Source: Callorhinchus milii
Lineage: Eukaryota
Length of the DNA stretch: 64,000 bases
Direction of reading: 5' to 3'
Assembly (NCBI RefSeq): GCF_018977255.1
Contig: NW_024704743.1
Location: 3,846,001 to 3,910,000, forward strand
Position 1 is the stretch's first letter, and each line of letters begins with the position of its first letter. A program made the translations under genes and the position numbers. Shown here piece by piece: positions 12,871-25,479 of this stretch. The notes below the pieces were generated by a model. The model was not told the DNA's origin. It worked only from the letters and a program-made list of their open reading frames with translations, and searched no databases.

Positions 12871-13369
12871 CCACTATGGATCCAAATATAGCAAAACAGA
12901 AGATTTAACTTTTTTTTAATCGATGCGATTAGGAGGGACAGAGACTCGCGTGGAGTATAAATACCGGCACAGACCAGTTGGGCAGAATTTGTGCTGTAAC
13001 ATTTTGTGTAAGTCTGTGTTTGAACATCTTACCTTTGAACGAGTTAGGATAACACATCGTTGTTTCCTCGTCTGGCAGAGTGCCATTTGCAATGGTTAGT
13101 CTGAGTATTATTTCTGTGCTCAGGGTAACAAGGCATATTGAGCCACTGGCACTACGCTGCAAATTATGGAGATCTCACTGAAGGTTTATGACGAATTGTG
13201 TCCAATTTTCTCAGGCGAGACGTGATGGGGGAGGGAGGAGAGAGAAACAAAAGCAGCAGATTACATCTAAATTGCTTTGTGCAAGCCCTGTAATCCCTCA
13301 TGTAAAACTGAGTACTGTGGTGCCTGAAGCTATGAGTAGGGTACGCAGTCTAAGATGACAATCTAATGC

Positions 13370-13860
13370 AGTGCTGGGTTTGCACCTTCTTGATCAAGAT
13401 GCTGGCCTTCGGATAACATGTTAAACCGAGGTCCTGTCTGCCTGTTCAACTGGACGTTGAAGATCCCATGGGACTATTGGAAAAGAGAAGGGAGTTTTCT
13501 CCCTGTGTCCTGACCAACAAACCCCAGATAACATTTGTCATTCACTTCATAGAAGTTTTCGGGCCATTGCTGTAAGCAAATTGACTGATGCATTCACCTA
13601 CAAAATCACTGTCAGTGCACTTTACAGTGTGAATATATAATAATCCATGCATTTTGATATTGCGCCTTATCTCATTATGGAAACGACTCAAAGTGCTTCA
13701 CAGGATTTTTAGCTGAACTGCAGTGACTGTGTATTTGCTCTGACAATGCAGTACTCCCCCAGCACTGCATTCGCAGTGTCAGCCTATGACTGTGGTCCTG
13801 ACCATGGAGTTTGAACCCGTAGCCTTCTCGCTCAGAGGCAAGAGTGCTTCCAAACGACAC
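13370..13860. mobile_element. Two old DeuSINE fragments in opposite orientation
   Basis: + strand Deu core TTAAACCGAGGTCCTGTCTGCCTGTTCA...GATCCCATGG; - strand head CTCAGAGGCAAGAGTGCT. Confidence 0.75.
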
Positions 13861-14659
13861 CGATCCTGTGAGGGGCTTTGAGATGTTCTCCCAACAGCAA
13901 AGGTACGACATCAAATGCAAAGATTATTATTATCTTTTGAACAGAGTCACAAAAAAAGTGTTTGCGTGCATAGATTTATCAGCTGGACTAACACAGAGAT
14001 CACTTTTGATCTCAAAGTCAGTTCGGTTCCACAAGAACTGGTTCTGACCTCAGGGCTGTGGTAAATGATATTTTTATATTTTTTTAAGCCTGTTGCAATG
14101 GGTGCTCATTAATTAGATTGCCAGATATGTGATTGCATAAATATTTGAAGATGAAGTTTTATGTTTTATGAATACAGAAGTGTTTCAATGGATGGCAAAT
14201 GATGTGGATAGGTTTTGACAGAGCAGTGTAATGGGGAAGAGGAGGGTGTTCCGCTTGTTGTTAATTTTAATGTTGACTCGCTGTGAGGTGGAGAATGAAA
14301 TTAGAGACATATGGGATGAAAATTGCAACGTGGGATGTGTAAACTGACATCAGCTGAAACAAAGCCACCAGTCGGTCTGTTAATCAACGACTGTTCTAAC
14401 AACACGGTTCTCTGGAAACCCATCCTCCACTCGCTCCAAACTGCCCCGTTCCTCGCCGCTTTTAAAGTCCATCTCAAAACTTAGAGGATGCTTTCGGACA
14501 CCTTTCCCCCCACCCACCCCCCTCCACCCCCCCCCCCCCCGCCCAGCAATAACAACAACTTGCATTTATGTAGCGCCCTTCATGTGAGGTTAGCGGCTTG
14601 GAGCGCTTAAAGTTCCGGTCGAGACTCAGCTTTCCAGTTTGATGTTCGACGAAATTGTC

Positions 14660-14925
14660 CAACACCACACCCTCCCTCCCTCTCCAGCCTCCTCACTCCC
14701 CAATCCACCACACGGCGCCTCCGCTCGACTGGCACCAGCCTCCTGCTCGTCCCTCGCACCCTGCGCCCCACCATCGGAGGTCGGACTTTTGGCCACTACG
14801 CCCCGAAACTCTGGAACGCTCCCGCAATCCTTCCGCTTTGCCCCCTCCCTCCCCTGGCCAGGCTCGGAGTCTGGTTCCGCTCTGAGGGAAGGCGCTATAC
14901 AAGTGCAAATAGTCGTCGTTGTCGT
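14660..14925 (+). mobile_element. L2 3' fragment
   Basis: PTIGGRTFGHYAPKLWNALP-like translation; GAAGGCGCTATAC tail. Confidence 0.7.
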
Positions 14926-15224
14926 TTATGCTTATTCCTTGCTGGAATTGTGCTGAAAAGCAAACTCGCAGACCATTTTCAAACCCCGCTCTATGTTTTT
15001 TTTTTCTGTCAGTTCTGTTTCAAGTTGTCAGCCGGGGCACTTAAAAGCAGACCATAATCACATCGCAGTCTCATCACGCCCGTGTTTTGCAGGATCTCAC
15101 AGCTATTAACAGATCAATCCCTCACAACAAGTCCACGCTTTCACATCGCGCTCTCTTAATATTGAATTTGCAGTTGATTCAGCTTCTTTGAGTCACACGG
15201 AAGCCTGGTGTTGAACGGTGTTTA

Positions 15225-15697
15225 CAGTAATCCTAGCATTTGGCATAGCGCCTTATCCCTCTCATCGACAGCTTCACAGGATTTACTGTTAATTGTAGTT
15301 TCTGTGCCTTCATAGGTGAACACGACAATCAATTTGCACCCAGTAGGGTACCACGTAAAGTCGATTGTATCTGGGAGGTTGTTTGCCGGGCCAGGAGAAA
15401 CTCCCTTTTCTTTTCGTAGAGCGCAATGGGATCATTAATATGACGACATGATAAGGCGTTCTATCGAATGCAAAGGTTATTACTATTAATAATCTTCACC
15501 GTCCATCTGAGCAGGCGGATCGGAACTTGATTGAAGGTTTCATTTGAAGGCCCGCAAATCTGACGATACAGCACAGCCCCCAGCACTAGACTGCAGCGCC
15601 ATCCTGGACTGTGAGGTCAAAGACCCGATGTGGAACTTAAACCCACAACCTTCTGACTCAAGAGAGGAGAGCGCCACCAACTGAGCCAGGCTGAGAC
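15225..15697 (-). mobile_element. Old DeuSINE-type SINE (with inserted tail fragment)
   Basis: AACCCACAACCTTCTGACTCA...CCAACTGAGCCAGGCTGA head on minus strand; Deu core. Confidence 0.8.
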
Positions 15698-15724
15698 CCG
15701 ATCAAATCCAAACATGGAACGTAA

Positions 15725-16180
15725 CTTCGAATTCAAGATCCTCATCCTCACCTACAAGGCCATTCACGGCCTCACTCCCTCCTACCTCTCCGACCTACTA
15801 TCCCCCTACTTACCTGCCCGTACCCTCCGTTCCTCTGGCTCCGGTCTGCTCCACATCCCCCGCCCCAACTGCCCTACTATCGGTGGCCGGGCCTTCAGCC
15901 TCTCAGCCCCGAGGCTCTGGAACTCCATCCCGCAGTGCCTTCGCCACTTCCTCCCTTTCCTCCTTCAAGACCTTTCTCTTCGACCGTGCCTTCAGCTCCC
16001 CTCTCGACTCTCTCCCCCCTCCTCACTCCCTCCCTCCCTTCCCTCCCTCCCTTCCCTCCCCCCCCCCCCGACCATTTCCCCCCGGCTCGGGTCCCGACCC
16101 AACTGTTCAGCGCCTTGGGACGTCCTCCCGACGTGAAAGGCGCTCTATAAATGAAATCTTGTTGTTGCTGCTGTTGTTGT
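15725..16180 (+). mobile_element. Young L2 LINE 3' end
   Basis: FKILILTYKAIHGLTPSYLSDLLSPYLPARTLRSSGSGLLHIPRPNCPTIGGRAFSLSAPRLWNSIP; intact stem-loop and (TTG)n. Confidence 0.95.
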
Positions 16181-16779
16181 AACACTGATCTCGGATAAAC
16201 GGAAACGTCCGTAGTTTCGAGTGTCACGATATTATTTTAAAAACAAACAACTTGATGCTGTGACGGGACAGATGACAACACCTGGCTGACAAGAAAAAAA
16301 GAGATTGAGTTGCGTGACGCAAAAGATGAGTTGGACGAGTCGGGAATCAAGGAGGGACAAGCTTTCCGGAGCGAATAACCTACTCCAGTCGCTGAATAAC
16401 TTGAGTTCTGCTTTGCAATTAGGTTGAAACGAATGAGATTTTTTTGCAGTTTATTTGTGCGCGCTCCTGTTGGCTGACATCAGTCAACAAGTTTCGACCA
16501 AGTGACTACCTACCCCTTGTGCGTTTCAATCGAGAGGGTCCAATAACGTGAGCAGCACGGAGTTCCCAAAGCTGCAGAAATACCACTCGGAAGGTTAATG
16601 TACCAGGGATTGCAGTTGCTGTACACATTACATCAGGTCACCTAACATCTGAGGAACTTAAAAAAGATTATACAGAGCGCCTTACCATCACGATGCACCA
16701 TATATCATTTTCTGACACTGATTTGGTACATTGCACACTCTCCACCATCAATCCAGGAACGAAACTGAGAGAGAGAAAG

Positions 16780-17320
16780 AGAGAGTGAACTAATCTGTAA
16801 TTATTAACTACCTGCTGTCTTTGCTCAGCAAGCACCGGCATCCTGTTGTATTTATACAGTCTGGTGTCTTATGTGTAAATTGCTTACAGCGGGGCAGCAT
16901 TTTGTTTTTTAATTTACTTTCGCGCTTTACGCAAAAGGCATAAAAGCGACTTAGGTTCATTTAAATTTTATTGCCGGTTTCACGACAAGTTGCGGCGACG
17001 CAGACGCTATCTGAGCCCTCTTACCTTGTTTTATTGTCGCTCCGGAATTGTCAGCCCGCTTTGCGTCTTCATTCATCAAGTCATGTTTTATTAATGAATT
17101 ACAGGCGCGGGAGTGCCTTGTGTATGAATTTTTCACTGAGTCACCGCGTAACTTATCGTCGACTTGGAGTAATCAATATTGCAGCTCGGAATTTCGTGCT
17201 GCACTCTGCTTAAGCTTGCCAGAGGCTATAAAACAGAAGCGCTTCATGTTTAAAGCTTCACACGGGCAAAATTAATAGAGTCAGCCTTTATTATCTCACT
17301 GTCAGCCTTCGGAAGGATCC
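16780..17320. promoter_or_regulatory. Candidate conserved non-coding element
   Basis: Repeat-free, CpG-retaining, dense TTTAT/TTTAC and TGTCA motifs. Confidence 0.35.
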
Positions 17321-17754
17321 TGGGAATGTGCACCACTTGAAAGAGGTTGGAGGGGAATTTTGGCAGACTAATTCAATCGACAGTAATTTGCGTAACTGAG
17401 ATGAGGGATAAAATGTTATTGAACTGGACTGCTTCAGCAACTGGGTAGAAAGTGAAAACTCGTATCAAATGTTAGGCTTGATAAATCCATTACTGGATGG
17501 TTTACCGGTATTAAGTGTTGTGATAGCCTGGCCTGTGGCTTCCAACAGTACAGAGCTGGATGTGTTAAAGCTGTTCAGAAGCACTTAGAAAAAGGTCAAG
17601 CAGAATACATCATGCACGTGGATATAATAATAATAATAATAACAATAATATTAATAATCTTTGTACTCAATGTTGTGCCTACATTGTCTAAACGTCTCAA
17701 GGCGCTTTTCGGTAAAATGTAATGACCGTGCAAGAGTTTAGCATAATAGATAAT

Positions 17755-18060
17755 AATAATTCTTCCTTTTGAAGTGCCTTATCGTGTCGTCGAGACGGAT
17801 CAAGGTGCTTCAGGGGATTTACTGTAAAGTGCAGTGACTGTATTTGCAGGCACGTATTTGCGGGATTATTGGCCAGGACACTGGGTGAAACTTCCTTCTC
17901 TTTTTGAATAGCGACTTTAAGATCCAACTGAATAGGCAGAGATGGGACCTCAGTTTAACATCTCATGTAAAGAATGGCATCTCCGACAATATACTACACT
18001 CCCAGTACAGCAGTGGAGTGTCAACCTAGATGATGTGACTTCCAAACCCCACAGCTTGTC
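17755..18060 (-). mobile_element. Old DeuSINE-type SINE
   Basis: TTGGCCAGGACAC...GGGACCTCAGTTTAACATCTCAT Deu core on minus strand. Confidence 0.8.
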
Positions 18061-18069
18061 ATTGGGAGC

Positions 18070-19035
18070 ACTGTTTGGCAATTTTTTCACTGCTTGTCCA
18101 GCTACAACCAACCTATCTGTTAGGGCTTTAGCTTGTAATAATCCCTGCATTTGATATAGCACCTTACCACGTCTTCGAGATGCCTCAAAGACTTGTAGAG
18201 TTAACAGGAGCCAAGTGGGAAGAATCCCTGCTCCCAGTCTGCTCCTCCAAGTCCTGCTGATAAACTAAGCTAGGCTGGCTGGTTTGTCATTGGCAATGAT
18301 CAACTGGTGACTATCCTCCTCGGGGAGGGGGCGGTGGAGGGGAGGTAAGCGAGATCTCCTTAGAGCTGACCTGGCTCCAAGTAGACATGTTTGGCAATGG
18401 ATTGACACTCTCAGTAGAACAGTTCCTGAGCCAGGCAGGTACGTGGTATTCCAGGGCACTGCTGATGATGACAGCACAGCCAGTCTTGCTCATCGGTAGG
18501 ACCTGGAGGGGCAGACCAGTCACTGGGGCAGAGACTCTTCCCGCTCAGCTCCCGTTAACCCTGCAAGCCAAAGCCTTAACAGGTAGTGTGGTTCTAGCTG
18601 GACGACAAAGCTCGGTTTGGTTTGAATACTCCTAAAATGTTGACGGGTTTCCACCAGCGTTAGACTCCCAGCCTACCCAAAAATAATATCAGCGTCGCCC
18701 TGGAGTACTGCAGACACACCTGGCTCAAGAACCACACTACTGAGACGACCACAGAAGGTTGACTCTCGACTCTCTTCCTCCTCCTCGCTCCCTCCCTTCC
18801 CTCCCCTCACCCTGACCATTTCCCCCCTCCTCTCTCCCTCCCTTCCCTCCCCTCACCCTGACCATTTCCCCCCTGCTCGGGTCATGACCCAACTGTGCAG
18901 CGCCTTGGGACGTCCTCCTGACGTGAAAGGCGCTCTATAAATGGAATGTTGTTGTTGTTGTTGTTGTTGACTCAATTCCCATGCTCCATTGCCAAGGTGA
19001 TCCTGTTTACTTAACCTCCCATCCATACTCCCCTA
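18070..19035. mobile_element. Family X compound locus: + copy interrupted by a - copy, a SINE tail and an L2 tail
   Basis: 18070-18295 (+) and 18689-19035 (+) are collinear with 21490-21740; 18335-18680 is the reverse complement of the same sequence. Confidence 0.75.
18766..18969 (+). mobile_element. Young L2 3' tail with duplicated 3'UTR unit, flanked by GTTGACTC duplication
   Basis: GTTGACTC at 18758-18765 and 18966-18973; stem-loop and (GTT)n. Confidence 0.9.
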
Positions 19036-19143
19036 ACCCTCTCTTCGAGAAGAACAGTCTATTGAGGCAAGCACTGAAATTGAAACACTGAAAGTGTTTG
19101 CTTAGAAGATGAGCTTTTGGCAAAATCCTAGCCGATTCCTTCA

Positions 19144-19175
<32 letters not shown>

Positions 19176-19378
19176 TAATAATCCTTGCATTTGATATAGC
19201 GCCTTATCACGTCGTTTGAGACGTCTCAAAGCGCTTCGCAGGATATATTGTAAAGTGGATTGATTGTGCACTTTGTTGGAAAAAATGCGGCAGCCAATTG
19301 TGCACAGCAATGTCCCACAAACAGTCACAGAGCGAGTGCCCATTTTTTTTTTTTCAAGGGATTATTACTCCCAGAAGA
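19144..19378 (-). mobile_element. tRNA-Ala SINE 3' part with (TTA)n tail
   Basis: Family tail and Deu fragment. Confidence 0.85.
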
Positions 19379-21267
19379 ATCATTTTCTCATCACAGAATA
19401 TTCCTGGCATCAAGTATTCCTTAACCTTTCCCGCCCATCAGTGCTGACGGATCTGACTGTGGTTGGAAGAGGATAACTTAAGCCACCTCTGGGCACATGT
19501 CACCAGTTCAGCAATTTCTCAGATAATTGACTACTTTACTGGAACAAACTGAAGTTTAGTGACACTCACTTGGGGAGAACACATTTTTCTGGATAATTTA
19601 CACATTGCTCTTGGCATTGAAGTCAGTGGAGTCTGTGGCTTGGCACACAACTGGCACCCAGTGGAAAGCCAGAGCCATTTGTAATTAGTCTACAATTATT
19701 GCAGCCTGATAGAGTAAAATAAAACCAAGCTGCCTGTTAGAATGATACACTTAGTAGGCAATTGATCATAACTCAAGAAAGATAAATCATTATTAATATG
19801 CGTGGGTTGCAGTAAAATGGGAGAGAGTGTCTTAGATTAAAAATGCTGTGCTGTCGCCTGTATTTTTAATTATGTAAAATGTGCTTGACGTTAACCAATG
19901 TGTGAACTATTTGAGTCTGGAGCTATGATTTGTAAAAAGAAAACAATGTTCCCTTGGAACAGTGTAAATAAATCAGCCTGAAGTTATGCGAACGGGCAAG
20001 CTTTGTGCTTTCCCACCCCCCCAAAAAAATATATAGATAAATCTGGGGATTGATTTATATAAGGCCTCCAAATGAAATACTTTGCCTGTGATTAATAACA
20101 ACATCAAGGTATTAATTCCGTTGAAAGCATCTATATCCGGAATCTTGATTAACAAACTAGCTTGTTTAATCCTTTGCTGAGCTCCAGCCTGCCGTGTTCA
20201 CCACTCAGGAAATAATGTCTGAGTAGGTGTACGCTCTGCTTCACTTGAGAACTAGCTGTTAAAGTGAGCTGCAAAACCGCAATAGGAAACCAGGAGATGA
20301 TCTCAGCGACAGTTAGAAGGTGAGGCAATTAATGACAGCACTATTGAAGTTTCCAAAGGTCTATTAGATTTTTGAATCTGAGTATATTATAATAATCTAC
20401 CCTGTATCCCGTCACTCCTGATCCCGACACCAACCCCCCCACCCCTCCCAATCTCGGGTCCAAATCCCTGACCGTCCAGCGCCTTGGGATGTCCTCCTGA
20501 CGTGAAAGGCGCTGTACAAATGTAACTTGCTTCTTGTTTAAAACGATTTAATTTAAGGAGATCCGGACAGACAAAGTCAAGGCCGCTGTGTGAGACACTA
20601 AAGCTGAAAGGAGTAGGAGAGAAGGCAAGATGCACTGGTGAGGTTCAGTCGGGAGCTCTCTCGTCTCCGAGCCAGAAAGTTGTGGGTGTTCAAGCCCGAC
20701 TTCGGAATTTGGAGCTCATAATGTATGCTGACCCTCCACTGTAATATTTGTACGCAAACGTGACAGGCAATTCGCTCCAAAAAATGATTTTGAATTTAAA
20801 ATGTATTTAATACCTTTCTTAAATAAGGAATGGTTAAGGAATACCGTAAATGTTATACTAATAATAATACTACCGCTGAAATTAATAATCCTTGCATTTG
20901 ATTGGACCTTATCGCGTTTAACTCTGAAGTGTGGTGACTGTAATTGTTAGGCAAGTGATCTCATAGCCTTATCAAAATGATATTAATAATAAAAATAATA
21001 ATAACAATCCTTACATACGATACAAGTACCTTTCATGTCGCGAGGATGTCTCAAAGCGCTGCACAGAATTTTACTGCGAAGTGTAGTGACTGTGCATTGT
21101 ATGCAAACGTGGCAACCAATTGCGTTTCATGTCATCTGTGAAAAAAATCCACAATACTCGGTTTCTTTCTTTGCCCTTTAAGTGGCTTCTAAGTACTCTC
21201 GCACGGTCTATGCTTTTGCTTTTTGTGACAGTGCCATTTCCGCTGTTCATGTTGTTTTGTTTTGCTC

Positions 21268-21742
21268 AGCCGGGTGTCCGACACACGCGGAAACCCTTCA
21301 CCATGCTTAAGAGTCTCCAAACCAAGGCTTGGGGAACCCAGAGTGTGCGTCGGGGTAACTGCTGGAGTCTAACCAGCTAAAACCGCACAACAGCTTGGCA
21401 TTGATTCAGGGCCTTGGGACGTCCTCCTGACGTGAAAGGCGCGACACAAATGTCATTTGGTTGTTGTTGTCGTTGTTGATGTCGATGTCCGGCAAGCTTT
21501 CCCGCTGCTTGTCCAGCTAGGACCACCCTACTTGTTAGGGCTTTGGCTTGCAGGGTTCGCAGGAGCTGAGTGGGAGGATTCCCTGCCCCCAGTGACTGGT
21601 CTGCTCTTCCAGGTCCTGCCGATGAGCCAGGCCGGACTGCGCTGTTACCAGCGGTGCCCTGGAATACTGCGGAGCCGCCTTGGCTCAGGAACCGGATTAG
21701 AGACCGTCACAGAGGGCCGGCTCGATTCCAACTGTTCGCGTC
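21268..21742 (+). mobile_element. Family X copy with internal deletion and an inserted L2 tail (~21405-21485)
   Basis: AGCCGGGTGTCCGACAC...CCAAGGCTTG...GGCAAGCTTTCCCGCTGCTTGTCCAGCTAGG...CCCTGGAATACTG shared with 51961-52380. Confidence 0.8.
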
Positions 21743-22329
21743 AGTATGGTGCAGCTTGATTAACCCTGTATGTTAATTCACTTCAGGAACAGTAGCTTCT
21801 CTCAGACAGTTTCCCGGGTTTCCGCTCACTGCTCAAAACAAAATTGCCTTGAATCTCAATGCGGGAAAATCGAAATGACTTTTGCTGGAATTATATTCTT
21901 TTAGGAAGAGCGATATGATTTATAGAAATATATAAATTTTATTTTTGAAGCTACGAGGGTTCTTTGCCACCATAATCATTTCAAACAAGAGGCGAGTTGG
22001 GAAGGAGGTAGCTGGAGCGTAGCAGAATTATTGGCTCAGTTTTACATTACACACTGGTTTGCTCTATTCTTTTTTTCAAAAATAAGTAATAATCACGTAA
22101 AGAGGGAGCATTGTAACCTTCCCAACCTTCCTCGGTTCTATCACATCAACTGTCAGCGTTGATTCTTTGAACTTGCTTTTTCTTGCCTGGATCAAAACTC
22201 ACATCAAACAAAATTAAATTTTGTGGGGGAGTGGGACTGATTTGGTAGCTCTTCCGAAGAGCTGGCACACAGGCACGATGGGCCGAATGACCTCCTGCCG
22301 TGATCTAATATTCTCTGATTCTATGAATA

Positions 22330-22625
22330 ATTCTTGCATTTGATATGGCAACTTATCAGACGGAAACAGCTCAAAGTTCTTTGTGGAGTGTTCCATTAAG
22401 CGACCGCCTATTGATAGGCGGCCAGTTCCTTCACAGCAATGATCCACAGACAGCGGTGAAATGAACGACCGACGTTATTGTTGGGGACTGTTGGCCGAGG
22501 CACCGGGAGAAACTCCCATCTCTTTTCAAACAGCGCCACGGGATCTTTAACGTCCACCTGAACGGACAGACGGGGGCCTCAGTTTAAAGTGTCATCCAAA
22601 GGATAATACCTCTGACAACGCACTG
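22330..22625 (-). mobile_element. Old DeuSINE-type SINE
   Basis: GGGATCTTTAACGTCCACCTGAACGGACAGACGGGGGCCTCAGTTTAA Deu core. Confidence 0.8.
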
Positions 22626-23851
22626 GGACATCCTTCCGACGTGAAAGGCGCTATTTAAATGAAATGTTGCCGTTGTTCGAGGAACTCTTTAGGTAAGCAG
22701 TTTGCTCGTCTCAGCGTCCGAGCACGGCCATTTTGTAAAAGATTTTTTCTTTGGCAAACTTTGGGCTCTATGTCAGCCTCTAGGGTTTATTCTTGGTTCC
22801 ATCTTGTTTTCCCCAGGGATTGTCCAGGAGGCCTGAAATCCCTACTGTCCGCGGCCCCAAATATTAATTCCTAGTGATCCTAGTGATTCAACTAGGCCTG
22901 AAGTCTTTTGAGCTGATTCCTAAAAGTAATTATTTTTTTTTGTCTTGGATTTCCGTGCCCCAAAGCAGATCAACCCTGGAAAAAGCAATATTAAATGGCA
23001 AAAAAAAATCAATCGAGAGTCCTTGATTTGTAGGAACCTGAAATGTACCAGTTAAACGTTCTTGCTTCAAGGTCACAAAAATAGCGGCTATGGGAAACCG
23101 AAAGGATTAAACCACAAACCCTAAAGGCGGGAGGTGGATCCTAACAGATGATATAATCACAGACGTCGCCGGGAACACGCGGAGGTAGGTCTCAGGCGGA
23201 GTCGATGGAGACAGCGAAATGATCTTTCGTCAGGACTCCAGATGCCGTTTCTTAAAGCATTCCTTAAATAAGTTAAGGAGCCCTTTAAGGAACACTGCAA
23301 ATTTTGCACCATGCTCCTGGCGTTTTGGTTTCTTTGAAGCAAACAAAGAAAAGTTTGCCAACCTCCCCGGCGAAGGTGGTTGCCCATAGGGACGGCGGTT
23401 CATCCCCCCTCGCGCCCCTGCCCAGCTCAGCGCCGAGTTCTCTTCAGGCACCTATTCAGCCCGAAAGCGTTGACACGCTCTGAAAGTGCATCGTGACACA
23501 TTGCTGGCATTTCAACTTCGCAGAGCACCACACAATGCGCTGAGGCATTTGCATATTTGACAATTGTGTGACGGATGTAAATGAACCAGAAGTTAGATCC
23601 GAGAGTATGCTAATGATGCGCACGACACAATAGAGAGGTTAGGCTGCTGCCACGGCCTTAAGACTGTGAAGCGAGGGTTTCAACGGCAGACGGTTTCTGC
23701 AGCGTTGTTGTGACCGGAGGAAAATGAAGCGAGAAGAAAGTATATGTCAATGAGTCAGAACTTCTGTTTTATTTTTAAAGTACAGATAAACTGTATGGTA
23801 CAATTAACCGACGACTGCTGACTATCATGTAAATTTACTGTTGGTGGTGTA

Positions 23852-24143
23852 TAATAATAATAATAATAATCCTTGCATTTGATATAGCGTCTTATTGTGT
23901 CTTTTGAGACGTCTCAAAGCGCTTCACAGAATATACTGTAAAGTGAATTGACTGTATATTTTGGGGGCGAAACTCAGCAGCCAATTGCGCACAGCAGAGT
24001 CCCCACTAACAGCCGTGGATTGAAGTGACCAAATTATCTTAAATTTATTGTTTTTGAAGGGATTATTATTCCCAGAAAAGCGATCCGTCAATCGACTAAC
24101 AATCATGTTCCTACTTACTGCGAGGTGAACAGAGGCGTGCGGA
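23852..24143 (-). mobile_element. tRNA-Ala SINE, long form, 5'-truncated
   Basis: Tail, Deu fragment and central block. Confidence 0.88.
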
Positions 24144-24261
24144 GAATTGAGCTTGACTGCCAGTTTTCCATATCGTGTGGTCTGGGCTGATGTTCCAGTG
24201 CAGCGCTGGGGGAGCAGTGCATTGTCAGCGCTCTGTGCATTCGGATCAAACATTAATGATA

Positions 24262-24566
24262 AATAATAATCCTTGCATTTGATATAGCGCTTTTCATGTC
24301 TTCTCGACGTCTCAAAGCGCTTCACAGAATAGATTGTAAAGTGAATTGACTGTATATTTGTGGGCAAAATGCGGTATTCCAATTGCGCACATCAGCGTCC
24401 CGCAAACAGTTGTGGATTGAAATGACCAATTTATTATTTTTTGGAGGGATTATTATCAGGCGGGGGGAGTAAGGAAACTTGCCCAAGCTTTCGCCTTGCC
24501 GGGGATCGAACCCAGGTCTCTCGCTTGCAAAGCGAGCGCTCTAACCACTGAACTACAGGACTCCAC
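24262..24566 (-). mobile_element. tRNA-Ala SINE, intermediate form (central deletion, older tail loop)
   Basis: Full head, central block absent, tail GAGACGTCGAGAAGACATGAAAAGCGCT. Confidence 0.9.
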
Positions 24567-25479
24567 TAAACCAAGGTCTTGTCTTCCTGTTGGCTGTTAG
24601 AGAACCCACGCACTATTGGAAAGGAGAAGAGAATTTCTCCTGGTGTCCTGGCCAACAAATCATCCAATTGAACTGATCATTCACCTCCTGGTTGGTTGCG
24701 GGAGATTGGTGTGTGCAAATTGGCTGCCGTGTTCGCCTACGAATACACGGTGACTACACCCAACAGAATTTTGGGACATTTCAACATGATTAGACGCCGA
24801 ATCAAGTGCAAGAATTATTATTTATCTATTCATTATGCTGTATTAGTATTGTGGGCGCATTTTGCCCACAAATATACAGTCAATTCACTTTACAGTATAT
24901 TCTGTGAAGCGCTTTGAGACATATAAAGGCGCAATATCAAATGCAAGGATTATTATTATTACAGCGAGAGGAAAGCATGCCAGGTGACCCCATATTTGGA
25001 AGTCCTCATGATGCACTTGTTCTGCGTTGGCAGATGTTCTGGATTTGCAGGAGGGATTAGAGAGGAAAATACTGTCTGGAGAGAGACAAATGCAATTTGT
25101 CACAATTGCAGGGTTAGGAACACTCTGAGTTGGCAATGCCAAATTTTTTGCTTCTCTTCTAAGGACGCTGCTGTGCATTTCATTGCCAGTCAAGAAAAAA
25201 AAGGTCCCTCATTTGATTTGTTCAGACACTAATATAGCACGTGCAAAGTTGGGATGCAATTCGATGCAATTTACATTTCTATAGCACCTTTCAAGTCCGG
25301 AGGACATCTTAAAGGGCTTAACACTGCATTGGGATAAGTACCATTCTCCTTCATTGTGCATATTTTGCCATTTTTCTCCCTGTGTGTTTACAGATTATTG
25401 TAGTGTAATATTAATTGTTCAATAATATCACATTTAAAAAGTCTGTGTAAAAAGCTAATAGATTTCGGAGTTGTACACT

